DNA of 63,553 nt, filler included, from Perkinsus olseni (Eukaryota), in assembly GCA_013115125.1 (NCBI GenBank). It is 29 parts of 29 records of this genome, joined end to end, with 100 filler letters (N's around TTAATTAATTAA, not from the genome) between each part and the next. Parts side by side here need not be neighbours in the genome. Positions count along the whole stretch, not along the records: positions 48,583 to 50,661 come from JABANN010001658.1; positions 50,762 to 52,832 come from JABANN010001659.1; positions 52,933 to 54,993 come from JABANN010001660.1; positions 55,094 to 57,153 come from JABANN010001661.1; positions 57,254 to 59,288 come from JABANN010001663.1; positions 59,389 to 61,421 come from JABANN010001664.1; 23 more parts are not named here. One strand, given 5' to 3'. Below the pieces are notes generated by a model. The model searched no databases. It was given only the letters and a program-made list of their open reading frames with translations, and had not been told where the DNA came from. Position 1 is the first letter of the stretch. Each line of letters begins with the position of its first letter. Below are positions 50,154 to 61,421 of the stretch, one piece after another. The translations under genes and the position numbers were made by a program.

Positions 50154-50761
50154 TGTAGAGTACTCAAGGCTGCGATAAATTCCTGCTCAAGATGTGGTTA
50201 GTAACAGCCTTTGAAAGGCTGTCTTTCTGATGTTTCAGTCCTGTACCACTGTCGTCAGCCCTATTCTAATCTCGTTATCAAAAACATTTTCCGATCGGCG
50301 TTCTGTGGTTCGCTGCTCCTCAAGCAGAGACTTGCTCAGGCTAGACTTACTGTTACTGTTTTTATACACACCACGGCTACGCATTTTGTAGCTCGAGTTC
50401 AAGTCGGGATAGGTTCAAAGGTTTTTCATACTTCCTCACAGAGCGAGTTTCCTCTCGAGACGTGACTCGGAGTACCCTCGTTAAGTATCCGCATACGGCC
50501 TCAAAGCGGAGCGCTTGAACGCGAGGGCAAGACGCCAGCAACTCGTGGCGCGCACGCCTGAAATTCAGGCCCTGAATGATATCGATTATTTAAACTCCCT
50601 CAGCGGCATTTCAATATTGTGAAGAAGATTCAAACCAACTTGATAACACGACAGTCACATANNNNNNNNNNNNNNNNNNNNNNNNNNNNNNNNNNNNNNN
50701 NNNNNTTAATTAATTAANNNNNNNNNNNNNNNNNNNNNNNNNNNNNNNNNNNNNNNNNNNN

Positions 50762-51023
50762 CCGGATATTCAGCACATTGGACAGGCTCCAATACCGAGT
50801 CGTCACAATCGGTAGCATCACTACCGGGCTGATAACACTTGGAGTCTCCCTTATGGTAGAGACCAAAGCAGAGGCCGTTGTCCTTGCAGTACGACTGATC
50901 ACAGCCAGCGGTCTGGGAGCACATCTTGTTACAGTAGTCACCGGTAGGCATAGTGTCTTCCGATGACGCAGCAGAGGCCCCGAAAACAGTCTCGAGGACG
51001 GCAGCAGCAATAGCAACACGCAT
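50762..51023 (-). CDS. Secreted small Cys-rich protein, 3'-truncated
   Basis: Signal peptide, then an 8-Cys module: CNKMCSQTAGCDQSYCKDNGLCFGLYHKGDSKCYQP...CDDSVLEPVQC. Confidence 0.7.
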
Positions 51024-52932
51024 GAGGGGGAAGGAATGCAAAGAGCAAACTGCAGAATGAAAGTAAACTCGTCAGTACCCTAAATTTTGCTGGCGCTCGA
51101 GTAAGTGGGTGACCGAAAAGCCCGCTAGCGGTCCTCTACGCTAGACTAGCTTGCATAGCCTATAAACAAAGTGCTTCAGAGAAAGCACGCATCTGCAAAC
51201 CGGGCGACAGAGGGCAAAGAGGTCTCCGAAAGCAGGGTGTGGGAAAATCGTTCGCGGATAACTCAATTTGAGCTAGAGGAAGAGGGAGACTCTAACGAGG
51301 AATAGCCGCGCGCATACATATTGCCGTTGGCGAATAGTGATAACATTGTGGTGATCGATGGGCTTCAGAAACAAGTCCACCGCGGTTATGTGGGAGCCAG
51401 CGGGAGTGATCAGCAAGAACCCTCACCGGCGATACACAGGGGGAGAACGGATGCTCCGGCGGCTCATTCAGAGCACATCAGGATGTACGTCTCGGTTCAC
51501 TGCCGAGATAGCGAGGCATGCTTGAAGCGCCAGAGGTGATGATCCGAGTTCGATTTTGTCTGCAGAGACTGTTGTTGTAGAGTATTCCGGAACGTATTAG
51601 CAACGAGTTTTTGCAGTTGTTCGAGTTGTACTGAGTATCTCGCTGATTGTGGGTTGGTAGATAGTGGGACTGTCGGGATTCCGTCTACATTCGCCTGCAC
51701 AGAGCACCACCGTCTCTGCAAACAGAAACGCACCTCCCGTTCGGTCCTCGAACACCCTCCGGGGTTCTATGGCCAACTACAACAACTGACTATAGTTTTC
51801 CGCGCTCATGAAACCTCTGACTGCGGGGACTGGGAGAAAGGGACGGTTATGGCACACCTGAACAGGGCATGTGTCACGTGCCTCTGTTGAGGACGACAGG
51901 CCAAGGAGCAACGCCGGCCCGTCTGCCATTGCACCGGAGTGCTGGGCGTGCGAACACGCAAGCACCCAAACACTGGACTCGTCCAGCCTGGGAACCCTTG
52001 ATGCCAGGGCTACCATGGCTCACCCGCAGACTCGGTTTAGGTTGGGGGTGGGAGGGTTGAATTCCGCCCGGGAAGGCAGCGGGCAGGTCACGCGGAATGT
52101 CGCAGACCCGCTCACGCCGACGTAGCATAGAGAAACTGAGAAGAGAGGCAGTTGGAAGGTGGTCCACGCGTCTCCGCAGGACCACTCCTCGCGACTGCCA
52201 TGCACAGATTACCACTCCAGAAATCAGTGATCGTAACGCAGCTAGAACTAGTGTCATCATCGGAAACGACTAGCTTAAGTAGTGCAGGATTGTGTGACTA
52301 CGTCCCCTGCCGCGATGGTTTCACCCTCAGTAAAGCCTGCGGCCTTCCTTGCACACGAAACCGGCTTAGTTGGCCCCGAGATACGCGACACCTCTAATGA
52401 CACGTTGTCATTGACAGACCTGTAGCAGTGCGCGATTGAACAATAAAGATGAGAAATCCAACGTTAATCTTAATCCCAGTGGAACACTCGTTACAAGCTG
52501 CCCCGCCTTTACTCTCGGTGTGCTCTTGCACGCGAACACATCCATAATCGAATCAACGCGCGCACGAGCTACGTCCTGGCGTGATAGCCGGCCTACTCGT
52601 ATTATACGAGTCGTATAACACAAAACCCTCCATGAAATGAAAAACTCAACTTCCGTCAAATTACTCACATTCGATTTGCAAGGCGGCCATCTCCTGACAT
52701 ATTGGTCCCAGACAGACGACATTCAAAACACTCTTGAGTTCACAGTCAATAATATGAACTAACTAACATCTCGTTATAGTAGTGCTGAAGACATTAACTA
52801 GCTCGACGTAGACACCTTCATCAGTATAGACANNNNNNNNNNNNNNNNNNNNNNNNNNNNNNNNNNNNNNNNNNNNTTAATTAATTAANNNNNNNNNNNN
52901 NNNNNNNNNNNNNNNNNNNNNNNNNNNNNNNN

Positions 52933-54260
52933 ATGGATCGCGATGGGGTTCGGTAGCAACTACGCTCCGAGCGCCCTTGGGCAAGCAGCTTTGACTATCG
53001 TTGAGCACTATCGAGTGCCAAAGCTGGCACTCGCATCACCAGGTCCCTGCCTGTGGCAGACTTTAGGCCCTCGTATCAACGCACACACCGTGCGCTAGGC
53101 CAGGCAGGATGCCTACCCGGTAAGTCTTTATGACTTTGGCACCGGTGAGGGCAGCACGCTCCCACCCTAGGTGCCGCAGTCTGGCCAACGCTTCTGACAC
53201 CTTCAGCCTGATATGGTGTTGAAACGTCAGCCGTTTGTGAATCCAGACCCCAAGCTCCCAAAGTAGATTGACGTCCTGGATCGGCACGTCCTGCGGGGTG
53301 AGTTCTTCACCAATAGTGCGGGGGATAAGAGCTTGGGACTTCTCCGGTTCCCAGCTCAGCCCCGCGTCGTCAGCCCAATCAAGGAGATGCCCCTCGGCTC
53401 GCTTCCACTTGTTGACGAGAGCAGCCTGTGTCCTTTCGGAACGCTGATCGTCGTATCGTCAGCGAAGAGCGTCAGAAGAATCCTCAGGGCTTCTTAAGGC
53501 TCAAAGCAATCCACGAGAGGAAGAGTGCCCAGCAAGTAGAAGAAAGGTCCGCGGAAACTTCCTTGCTGAACCCCACATTGCAACCCGCGCACCCCGTGGT
53601 CGCAACCGTAGTCGGCGCTCACAGCCTGGCCTCCCAGGTAACTTCTAAGTATATCCAGCAGATAGGGAGGAACCTCGTTCTTAGCCAGAGTCATCAAGAT
53701 GTGGCCGTGGCGCACACTGGGGAAGGCGTTCCGGACATCTAGCTGTATGGTAGCAACCGAGAAGTTCTTGCCACGGCGCTAAACCCTCGGCTTTGTTTCC
53801 AGCCGACGGGGTATCGCCCAAACTGGAGGCATCAGATGAACTGAAAAGTCCGGTGTTCCTCGAGCTCCGGCAGCGAGTCCTTGATGATCATCAGTACGTC
53901 ATCAAGCGACATCATTAAATGATGTCGTTGGTGATATCGTCGGACCCTGGAGCTGCACCTCGTCGCAGCTCACCTGCCGCATCCCTCAGCTCCGCGAGCG
54001 ACACTGGAGGGATGGTCTCTTCCTGATCCGGCCAGGCTACCTGGGTCACGTCCCGATCCCTAGTGGGGTCAGAGGGCAGTAGCCGTGAGAGTGGGAAGTC
54101 GGCCTGATTCACACCTGGCGGACAGATGGCCGCCGGAGGAATGCGGGGAGCACCCTGTCTAACACATCAGAAGTAGTGCTGGAGGTCTTTGTATAACCTA
54201 TTCGCCGCTACTCCCTTTGCCTTCTTGGCCTCAGCGTTGAACTTCCGTCGCGCGGCACTA
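52933..54260 (-). pseudogene. Degenerate non-LTR retrotransposon reverse transcriptase
   Basis: PPVSLAELRDA...AAPGSDDITND, LDVRNAFPSVRH, GVQQGSFRGP, LFADD and LGVWIHKRLTFQHHI, spread across several broken frames. Confidence 0.88.
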
Positions 54261-54434
54261 TGTAGTAAATTAAACCGAACCCAAGACACTCGTTATGAGT
54301 AAAGGTCGTAGGCTTTACACGAGCTTAAATAACAATAACATCTGAGTAATGCGCTCTAGCGTCACGCTATATGCAACACAGCAAAAACTTGAAATCGAAG
54401 ACAATTATTGTGTAATACAGGGACAATCTCTACA
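54261..54434 (-). repeat. 3' LTR (174 bp) with TGTAG...CTACA termini, preceded by a G7 polypurine tract
   Basis: Perfect 5-bp inverted ends. The PPT (C7 on the plus strand, 54437-54443) lies between the integrase stop and the LTR. Confidence 0.85.
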
Positions 54435-54453
54435 ATCCCCCCCATAAAACAAA

Positions 54454-54993
54454 CTAGGCGACTCGACGGCGCTTAGTTACAACAGCACGCCTCTCATCTC
54501 TGAGCATATTACTAGTAGTAGTCTCACTCAGCATAGCAGCTTGACGTTTTGGTCTTCCTTGAGAAGGCTGAGCTTGACCCTGAGCTTGTGCTTGACCATC
54601 ATCAGTCACATCACAATCCCGAGAACCAACACCAGAATTATCCTGGGAGCCGTTGTCGGAGGTTTGTCCTTCTACGAACCGAAACCTTTTGCAGTTCCCC
54701 ACATGATGGAACTCAGTACCACGCTCGGTGGTTAATAAAACATGACGGCTCTTGATAGCGGATATACGATAGGGACCACGCCAACAGGGACTCGGCTTAT
54801 AGCTCCTTTGAGTATAGACCATCACCCACATACCACTGCGCAGACCACTATCATATCGCAACACCGGATGGTTCTTTTCCCGTTGGTCAAGCCAATGCTC
54901 CACGAACTTAGCAGTGAGAATCTCGGCTTATCCGGCCGGCAGCTAACACAAGATCATACAACTCGGGATCCGAGATGGTTACCGAATCGTCAG
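54454..54993 (-). mobile_element. LTR retrotransposon integrase C-terminus
   Basis: LRSGMWVMVY...KPSPCWRGPYRI...HVGNCKRF (GPY/F module), followed by a PPT and LTR. Confidence 0.8.
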
Positions 54994-55093
54994 NNNNNNN
55001 NNNNNNNNNNNNNNNNNNNNNNNNNNNNNNNNNNNNNTTAATTAATTAANNNNNNNNNNNNNNNNNNNNNNNNNNNNNNNNNNNNNNNNNNNN

Positions 55094-56057
55094 TCCACAG
55101 TCAGATTTCACATCCATTCCACTTATAGCAGCTTTACCGCTCGAAGACAGGATTCTTTCAACTTGCACCCTCCCCATGAGGTCGAAGAGAGCTACGTCAA
55201 TCGGCATCACGAACACTCTATCAACTGCATGGTTGTTTGCACGAACTCGATGAGGATCTGTGCATTGTCGACAAGGTGGGGTGGCAAGGTACACGACAGC
55301 CGAGTTTTCAGGAACTCTTCATTGGCTGCTAGATTGGACGGTGGGTGGCGACCCGATGGCTTGGATGTGGTTCTTATCGGTGACAGCGGTTACAGAGCTA
55401 CGCCCTACCTGAAGACTCCCATATCTATGGCTGGCGGCAGGGTGTTGATCAACTACAATTCAATGAGAGGCATCGTAGGGCGCGTGTGGTCATTGAGCGG
55501 TGCATCGGTGTTTTGAAGACCCAGTTTCGTTGTTTGAAGGACTTGAGGTTGCGGGGTTCTCGCCGTACTACTGAGGACACCTTGACGTTGACAGCTCAGG
55601 CGATCCGGGCTTGTGCTGCTCTGCGAAACTTTCTCATAGTTCACGTGGCTGATCGAGAAGAAGATATTGATTCTGACATAGCGGAAATGTCAGACTCCGA
55701 GCTTGAGTCAGGTCCTGAGTAATTACGCTATATATTATTAGAATAAGCTGTGCAAGCTTGGTCTTTGTAAGTTATCGTTTCAGTAACGTGCCCGGGGGAG
55801 ATGTCGTGTTTCGCGCACAAGTGCACGAAGGATACTTTTCCGCCGGTAGCTTGATTCTCCGAGCTGGGGGTTGTTTCCCGAGGAAAGACTTGAACATTCA
55901 AGAAACCTACCCTTGCTCGGAAGTTGGAGAAAATGCTCGGAAAATTTACCCGACTACTTTGATGCGCGACAACTCGGAAAATTGCCAGTCGGGTTCGGAA
56001 CCCGGACGATCCCCCTCGGACTCGGAACCCGGAAAGCAAAAGTACTTGAATAGGCCC
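55094..56057 (+). mobile_element. PIF/Harbinger element 3' part (frameshifted transposase, subterminal repeats, TIR), copy A
   Basis: YVNRHHEHSINCMVVC, WGGKVHDSRVF, LIGDSGY, FNERHRRARVVIERCIGVLKTQFRCL and ACAALRNF (DDE_Tnp_4 pattern). Frameshift near 55420-55455. It ends ...GAATAGGCCC followed by CTG. Confidence 0.9.
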
Positions 56058-56189
56058 CTGGTCCGCGCGCTCAGCGAACGGGGACGTAGCTCTCGCCCGA
56101 CTAATTCCTCTCCATGTCGTTCAATAGAAAGGTTCTATAGGTTCTACCGGTGGTTTGACATCATGTATGGTACCTTCCTTACTCTCCTG

Positions 56190-57153
56190 GGGCCTATTCA
56201 AGTACTTTTGCTTTCCGGGTTCCGAGTCCGAGGGGGATCGTCCGGGTTCCGAACCCGACTGGCAATTTTCCGAGTTGTCGCGCATCAAAGTAGTCGGGTA
56301 AATTTTCCGAGCATTTTCTCCAACTTCCGAGCAAGGGTAGGTTTCTTGAATGTTCAAGTCTTTCCTCGGGAAACAACCCCCAGCTCGGAGAATCAAGCTA
56401 CCGGCGGAAAAGTATCCTTCGTGCACTTGTGCGCGAAACACGACATCTCCCCCGGGCACGTTACTGAAACGATAACTTACAAAGACCAAGCTTGCACAGC
56501 TTATTCTAATAATATATAGCGTAATTACTCAGGACCTGACTCAAGCTCGGAGTCTGACATTTCCGCTATGTCAGAATCAATATCTTCTTCTCGATCAGCC
56601 ACGTGAACTATGAGAAAGTTTCGCAGAGCAGCACAAGCCCGGATCGCCTGAGCTGTCAACGTCAAGGTGTCCTCAGTAGTACGGCGAGAACCCCGCAACC
56701 TCAAGTCCTTCAAACAACGAAACTGGGTCTTCAAAACACCGATGCACCGCTCAATGACCACACGCGCCCTACGATGCCTCTCATTGAATTGTAGTTGATC
56801 AACACCCTGCCGCCAGCCATAGATATGGGAGTCTTCAGGTAGGGCGTAGCTCTGTAACCGCTGTCACCGATAAGAACCACATCCAAGCCATCGGGTCGCC
56901 ACCCACCGTCCAATCTAGCAGCCAATGAAGAGTTCCTGAAAACTCGGCTGTCGTGTACCTTGCCACCCCACCTTGTCGACAATGCACAGATCCTCATCGA
57001 GTTCGTGCAAACAACCATGCAGTTGATAGAGTGTTCGTGATGCCGATTGACGTAGCTCTCTTCGACCTCATGGGGAGGGTGCAAGTTGAAAGAATCCTGT
57101 CTTCGAGCGGTAAAGCTGCTATAAGTGGAATGGATGTGAAATCTGACTGTGGA
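56190..57153 (-). mobile_element. PIF/Harbinger element 3' part, copy B (reverse complement of copy A)
   Basis: Mirror-image ORF set identical to copy A. The end GGGCCTATTC is preceded by CTG (CAG on the element strand). Confidence 0.9.
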
Positions 57154-57253
57154 NNNNNNNNNNNNNNNNNNNNNNNNNNNNNNNNNNNNNNNNNNNNTTA
57201 ATTAATTAANNNNNNNNNNNNNNNNNNNNNNNNNNNNNNNNNNNNNNNNNNNN

Positions 57254-57705
57254 GCATCATCAGCTCTATTGTTGCACACGCTCTTGGAAGTGCCAACGCC
57301 TTCTACTACAGTTCAAAGTGCTTCCTAACTCAGTGGGGTAAATGCCTTGATCACGAGTGCCGTACTCTTGGTCCCGGTGTTCTCACTATTCAGCCCGGTG
57401 CCATGAACGATACCAACTTCAGTGTCGCTGCCGGATGCAAGGCGTCTCCTTTGTTTACACTCTTCGACATGCCCTCCGACAAGTGCACCGATGAGGTCGT
57501 TTGGAGGCTTCAGAATGATGATCCTCGTATCGCTACTGGTGTCCACACCATCGGTTTCAAGAATCAGCTCTTGGTTGCCCTTGAGCCCTGGCTTAGTGAT
57601 AGCTTTGCTGCCTGGGTTGGTAGGATGGAGATGCTTCAGCCCAACACTCCTTATCTCCGAAGTATGACTGCCAGGGAGAGCAAGTTGGCCATCAAATCCC
57701 AGTAA
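57254..57705 (+). CDS. C-terminal half of a short-chain dehydrogenase/reductase
   Basis: Open from the contig start: IISSIVAHALGSANAFYYSSKCFL...LDHECRTLGPGVLTIQPG, containing the catalytic Ser, YxxxK and PG motifs. Confidence 0.75.
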
Positions 57706-59026
57706 GCAAATGGATTTGTCCCGTCGGATCATCTGAGTCGTTATAAATTCGTATTTCATTTGTGTATCCATGGGGCATGGCCTTGCACGTGCCGCCCCAT
57801 GAGAACCTGTTTCTCAACTATCATGTCACGTTAAGTGGCTCCTGCTCATTTATCTCTCACACACAATAGTATCTTAAGCTATTATGAACTACTAGAAGTT
57901 GTGTTGTGTTTTCTCGTAGGCGAAGAACATGCTTTTCTCCGGTTGATGCCATCGTGCCTTCTCCGTTAGCAGAGTGATCGCTAATAGGCAGGGTGCAAGT
58001 CAGTGGGCTTCAAGTCCTAGTGTGACCGGATGACCATCCAACCGCACTCCTTTGCTCCCTAGCCGACGCCATTGTGAGGTGAAGTGTGGCCGCAGAACAG
58101 CGATCGCCATGTTAATCACAAGATAAACCGTGCTAGGAGAACACGTAGACTCTGTGTTGCGTTACCCGTGCTGCCGCTTCACCATGTGTGCAAATTGTGA
58201 CTACCGTAACTTTCCCAAAACGGGAGACTTGAAGTTCCACGCAGGTGACCGAGAGCCGGGTACCTTCTCGCCAAACTCGTATTTGTTCTGTTGGCTATGG
58301 ATAGAAGGTCACTACATCTTATGCTAATGTGCGTTCGAATCACTCGCATTCAACGCTCGACCCAGAGTGGCTCGAAGGATGGCTCAGATTTTCCATCGGA
58401 TCCTATTACCTTGTATACGAGACGGGAAGTGGAAAACTGAGATGCGTTTCCGATGTCGTCTTGGCTCGGCTGTCGGCTCGAGGAAATGTATGGTCATGGC
58501 ATAATGGAATGTTCCAAGCCTCTTTAGCGTGCGTATTCCCCTCCCTTATAGAGCACGCTGAAGTTTGCGGCCATAGCCTCAAGACCGGGGTAATCTCTCA
58601 GTTCTGAGTACCATTCCACCACAAGCGAGCTCTTTTTTCACCTCGTACAAAGACAATGCCCGTGTTCAAGCTGGTGGACTTTAGATAGTTGGGAGTGCAT
58701 CCGAACGCGGAGCTTGCACGCAAACGGACAAGGCGAGTTGCTTTTGAGTAGATCGAAGTAACACAAAGAGGAGGGAATACAGATGGCCGAGCCGCGATGG
58801 GCGTTACTAGCGAACACAAAGCCATGAACAATAGTATCACAAGGTGTCCCTCTGATGAAGCTCGGTAGGTTTAGCTCAAGTCTATCACTAGCAGTGGCTT
58901 GTGATGCATCATTCGGGGTTGAAAGTATGATTCGTGGCTTGTAGGTGTGTACTGGGGGTAGCCTGCTTCGTCAACTAGGTTAACTTCTTCATTTCGCATC
59001 AGTTATTGCTCATTTCTATTATAATT

Positions 59027-59288
59027 ATGGCCGAAAAGCAGAGTCTCCCAGTCATCTTTTCTATGGGTGCTTATCCGTTCAACTTCCTCGAGTGGGTTGC
59101 TATGATACTGATAATGCTATTATGCATTCCTATCATTCTCATCGGTTTGTTGTTGACCGTGTTGGTTCACCTTCTACAACGACCGCTCTTCAATATGGGT
59201 TATCCTTATAACCTCAAGCCAGTGAGAGCTTCTCGCGACGAGTATGCTGTTGTTACCGGCGCGTCGAAGGGCATGGGGCGTCAGTTTG
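59027..59288 (+). CDS. N-terminus of a membrane-anchored short-chain dehydrogenase/reductase
   Basis: Long hydrophobic anchor, then YAVVTGASKGMGRQF (TGxxxGxG). Truncated by the contig end. Confidence 0.8.
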
Positions 59289-59466
59289 NNNNNNNNNNNN
59301 NNNNNNNNNNNNNNNNNNNNNNNNNNNNNNNNTTAATTAATTAANNNNNNNNNNNNNNNNNNNNNNNNNNNNNNNNNNNNNNNNNNNNCCCCCAATCGCA
59401 ATAAATTGGAAGAAATGAGGAAAAAACGCGATGTGATATAATTTTGTGGAAGGGTTTACTTTATTA

Positions 59467-61421
59467 CCGCCTTGCTTGGCCCCTGCATCTCATTCGATAG
59501 CATCTTCTCCAGCAGCTTGGCGAAGGTCTCAGCAATAAGTACAGCAACATCACCTGACCATCACCGTCAAATCCCATGGTCAACCTAAGATTCCCAAAGA
59601 TACCATCTTCAGTGTGAGTCAGCCTCATCGAGCACAAGAATGCACATCCGCGGTAGAGGTTACTCATGGCTCGACGGTCGTCCTGGACAGGGCCTGAAAA
59701 TGACAAACAAAACTCGCTTCGCTCCGCCGAAAATCCATCCCCATCACGAACAAACACAGGCGCCGTGCCTCAAGGTTTCACCACCGAAAAGATACTTCAT
59801 AACTATCAACAGTACATTCGACGACCTCAACGCCCAAGGAGCTCAGAGAATTGCTCACCACGATTTTCACGCCCTGAATAAGTATCTTTAAGCTACCCAA
59901 CCACCCCGTGAAATCCATGATTCGACCTAAGGTACTAATTTACTACCTTTCTCGATGAGCTGCTGGATGACCTCTTCGGCAACATCCGTCTTCAACCTTG
60001 GCTGCTCTTTGAGTAACTTGTGTAACAATCTAAAGTTGATGAGAAATCAATCAGACGACAACCCGCCGTCTAGAAAATCTCAGGAGTTCCTGGAAATTTG
60101 GTATCTTAGGTTCACCCTAGTATCGAACATAATTAAAGATACGCTGCTCCAACGCAGCCGGAAGAGTCCGGTATCCCAAAGCGACAAATAATTTTCCGGT
60201 ATCAGCGATCCCGCGTTACGAGTATCTTTGCTCCCCGTGAATCCCTCTGATCGACCTCGGATACTCACCTCTCCGCTTCGGTAGAATCCTTAGTCGTCAG
60301 ACCCGATACCAGCATCGCCCGTAACGCCGATTCTTGTTCACGACGAGCGTGGAGAAGCTGCAAGATAAAGCAAGATAAGCAAGATTCAGTTCGAACCCTA
60401 TTTTGGCGAGAAAGCCAATCCAAAGAGAGCTAATATGGACAGGATGATACGATACGCGAACATGCATATCAACAGACGTACATCATACTGGAAATGAAAA
60501 AAGAAGAATCCAAGGTTGAAGACGGTCAAACACGAATGAAAAGATACCGCGAGGGCTAAACCACTGTCAGTTCCCGATGACCATACTACTATCAACTTGC
60601 CAGTATCACGGCACATCGCAAAAAACCGAGACTGATTCGCACAGTCTCAAGAATCTTGGCAACCTCACAGTACGTCGCAAAATAAAAGATACCAACAGTA
60701 ACTCACACAATCAAAAAATATTTCCCCTACATACCACATTTCCCCCTCCTCACACATGCCCTACTAAATACCCCAACCTCCACCCTAGTCAATCACAAAC
60801 ACCAAAGATACGCCCCCCTATTACATCATGGGCCACTCCCAAGCACTTCCTCCTCAAATGCTGCTGCGACCCATCAGCGCTTCCCGCCACGACAATCTCG
60901 CGATGGAGTACTTGCACGAAGGCCGCCACCACCAGCTGCAGCTCAGATTCGAAATACGCCCGAACCAGGACGAGACGACGATCATGCGGTTTGGACGGGA
61001 GATTTAGCAGCTCGCTCCTTTGCTGGGACCTGCGTTGAGAAATAGCAAGATTGCAAGATTGTGGATCTAGATACTACTACGACGGGAATTTCGAGGCGAG
61101 CAGTGATCTTGAACACTAAAATGATCATAAGAATATTAATTCCACCTCGATAGAAATACATCACGCGCCGTCGACCAGATTGCAATTCCGGAACGAGGAC
61201 ATGCTTCGCCCGTTCTGCACGACCCTAGAACCCAACCCGTTGCGAGTCTTTTTTCCGCGCTCTCACAACTCTTCCGAAAGAAACCCCTCAACCAGCAGAA
61301 CAATATCATCGCTCAGCCAAGCCAATTATTACCAACTTTTCAGTTTGCGATCTTTTGGCAAGAACTCGGTCAACAAGAGCTCCTTGACGGCGTCAACTCC
61401 CACTTGCACCTCCCTCGCCGC
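59467..61421 (-). CDS. CEBPZ: CEBPZ/Mak21 (Noc1)-like ribosome biogenesis protein, internal exons
   Basis: Successive exons DAVKELLLTEFLPKDRKLK, RRLVLVRAYFESELQLVVAAFVQVL...LGVAHD, LLHARREQESALRAMLVSGL, LLHKLLKEQPRLKTDVAEEV and NLYRGCAFLCSMRL. These are collinear with the family sequence as I recall it. Confidence 0.75.

Noticed and set aside
55728-56519. Mirror-image ORFs (253 aa and others) across the palindrome centre
   Set aside because: By-products of the inverted repeat in non-coding subterminal DNA.
58862-58880. Spliced-leader relic upstream of the SDR start (CGGTAGGTTTAGCTCAAG)
   Set aside because: The position is plausible, but it needs several gaps and mismatches and only GCTCAAG is exact, which is too weak to call.
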